From Candidatus Marinacidobacterium sp. (GTDB lineage: Bacteria; Acidobacteriota; Vicinamibacteria; Marinacidobacterales; Marinacidobacteraceae), in contig OZ244852.1 in the NCBI GenBank assembly GCA_965220965.1, positions 2,400,001-2,464,000 of the forward strand: a DNA stretch of 64,000 nt, read 5' to 3'. The translations under genes and the position numbers were made by a program. The notes beneath the pieces are model-generated. The model was not told where the DNA came from. It worked only from the letters and a program-made list of their open reading frames with translations, and did not search any database. The number at the start of each line of letters is the position of its first letter. Within the stretch, counting starts at the first letter, position 1. Positions 62,281 through 64,000 of the stretch are shown in pieces.

Positions 62281-63849
62281 TTACCCGGGCCGCTGGAGGC
62301 GAGGGATCCGGAGTGGACTCGCCTCCAGCACGTCCCGCCAGACCCGCCTCCCGACGGCGTCCGCCTCCCGGATAATGTCCGCCTCGTTCATCGTGAGGAC
62401 CTCCCGGTCCCGCATCACGAAGCGGCCGTCCACCATCACGGACTCGATGTCGCCGGGGTGACCGCTGTGGACCAGCGCCGAGATGATCCGGCCGGCGGGG
62501 ACCAGATGGGCGCGCTGGGTGTCCACGACGAGCAGGTCCGCCTTCTTGCCGACCTCCAGCGTTCCGAGGAGGTCGGGCTGCTGAACGGCCAGCGCCCCGC
62601 CCTCGGTGGCGTCCGCCAGGATGTCCTCCGGTTGCGGCTGGAGACCGGGGACCTCGTCGCCATCGCGGTTGCGCCGGATGCGTTCCGTGAGGAGCGCGAT
62701 CCGCATGACTTCGAACACATCGTTCGTGTTGTTGTCGGTCCCGAGCGCGATGGGACAGCCCGCCGCCCGAAGCGCCGGAATGGGCGGGCTGATTCCCCGG
62801 TTCGCCGCCATCCCCGCCTGGTGGGCGATGATCGTTCCGGATCGCCCCAGCATCGCGATCTCGTCATCGTTGACATAGCGCGCGTGCGCCGCGAACAGCC
62901 GGGGACCGAGGAACCCGTGACGGTCCAGGTACTCCGTCGGCCGCAGGCCATGGTGCATGACCATGAACTGGAACTCGGCCCGGCTCTGGTTCAGGTGGAT
63001 CGTGTAGCCGAGATCGTGGGTCTCGGCGAAGTCCCGCACCGCTCCCAGCAGCTCCGGCGAGGAGGTCTCGGTCAGCGAAGCCGCCGGAAACACCTGCACG
63101 CGTCCGTCCCGGGCCCCGTGCCACGTTTCGAAGAGTTCCTGGATGCGGTCCATCCCCTCTTCCCGGAGCTGGTCCGAGAACTCCGGGGTCTCGCTGCCCG
63201 CCAGTCCCCGGGGGGCCATGGGGCCGGGGACGTTCGTGGAGTCGCGAACCCCCTCCGCCAGCACACAGCGAAGCCCCGAGTCGGCGAGCGCCGCCGCGTG
63301 GCGCTGGACGTTGCCGGTGTACTCGACGATCGTCGTCGTCCCGGTGCGGATCGCCTCGAGCGCCGCCACCTGCACCATGAGCGTCCCTTCCTCGCCCTCG
63401 AGCAGGCTCGCCGGCGAGACCGCCAGATCCGCGCTGTTCGGGAAGCCGAAGTCCTCGTTGAATCCGCGAGCAATGACGGCCCGCATATGGGCGTGACAGT
63501 TGATGAGGCCGGCGAAGAGGGCCTTGCCCCGCCCGTCGTACTGCTCGGCGTCGGGGTAGTCCGCCAGGACGGCTTCGGTGGGGCCGATCGCGGCGATCCG
63601 GTCGTCCACGACCGCGAGCGCGACGTCGTCCTGCACCAGGTCGGCGTTCGCGACCGTCGTGTTCGTGAAGACCACCGCACGCCCGGTCTGGACGCGTCCA
63701 GCGGCGTTCCCGGCCGATGTCCTTCGGCCAACGCTCAGCGTGGCGGCCGCGGCGCCGGCGCCGGCCAGCACCTCACGGCGCGTGACCATGCCCATCCCGC
63801 CCGGGGCGTTCCCGGGCCGGCCCGCTCGTCTGCTCTTCGATGTCGCCAT
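62281..63849 (-). CDS. Amidohydrolase (Atz/Trz/MtaD-like) with Tat-type signal
   Basis: TRREVL signal; INCHAH, IHLNQS, AAH, LGTD, GTLEVGKKADL. Confidence 0.9.
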   Translation of the reverse strand: MATSKSRRAGRPGNAPGGMGMVTRREVLAGAGAAAATLSVGRRTSAGNAAGRVQTGRAVVFTNTTVANADLVQDDVALAVVDDRIAAIGPTEAVLADYPDAEQYDGRGKALFAGLINCHAHMRAVIARGFNEDFGFPNSADLAVSPASLLEGEEGTLMVQVAALEAIRTGTTTIVEYTGNVQRHAAALADSGLRCVLAEGVRDSTNVPGPMAPRGLAGSETPEFSDQLREEGMDRIQELFETWHGARDGRVQVFPAASLTETSSPELLGAVRDFAETHDLGYTIHLNQSRAEFQFMVMHHGLRPTEYLDRHGFLGPRLFAAHARYVNDDEIAMLGRSGTIIAHQAGMAANRGISPPIPALRAAGCPIALGTDNNTNDVFEVMRIALLTERIRRNRDGDEVPGLQPQPEDILADATEGGALAVQQPDLLGTLEVGKKADLLVVDTQRAHLVPAGRIISALVHSGHPGDIESVMVDGRFVMRDREVLTMNEADIIREADAVGRRVWRDVLEASPLRIPRLQRPG

Positions 63850-64000
63850 GGTGGAACTCCCTCGGAACGGAGCGTACCGGAGTCCGAATCGCGACCTCCG
63901 CCGCGCCCGCGGTCCGTCGGGACGGGCGTCGGACGCCGCGTAGAATCCGGTTCGTCCGCTTTCGAAGCGAAATCCAGCCCAGCGTGAGTTCTCCGATTGA

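Overview
GC-rich bacterial chromosome segment, probably near the replication origin and Acidobacteriota-like (inferred from gene order only). It opens with a parS-like site, parA-parB-bactofilin and a split F0F1 operon (atpF'-F-H-A-G-D-C). Next come a tandem pair of paralogous membrane proteins and adjacent Type II and Type III restriction-modification loci. The main feature is a four-gene cluster with the architecture of the myxobacterial ether-lipid locus elbBCDE: HAD phosphatase, LarA/DUF2088 protein, 1459-aa FAR-adenylation-ACP-acyltransferase and NAD epimerase. It is flanked by fabH, a DAG-kinase-family gene and a PIP-synthase-like CDP-alcohol transferase, with ino1 about 10 kb away. Further along are an ABC-ATPase/TOPRIM pair plus a DUF5131 radical-SAM-like gene, an uncharacterised exported three-gene operon ending in a Tat-exported zinc ribbon, an AbiEii-type module between two Cys-rich genes, amiC-GerMN-rph-rdgB, three tRNAs, catabolic and transport genes, two AAA-DUF4143 genes and several decayed remnants. 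No CRISPR array, rRNA, integrase or transposase was seen. All family calls come from reading motifs by eye, not from database searches.
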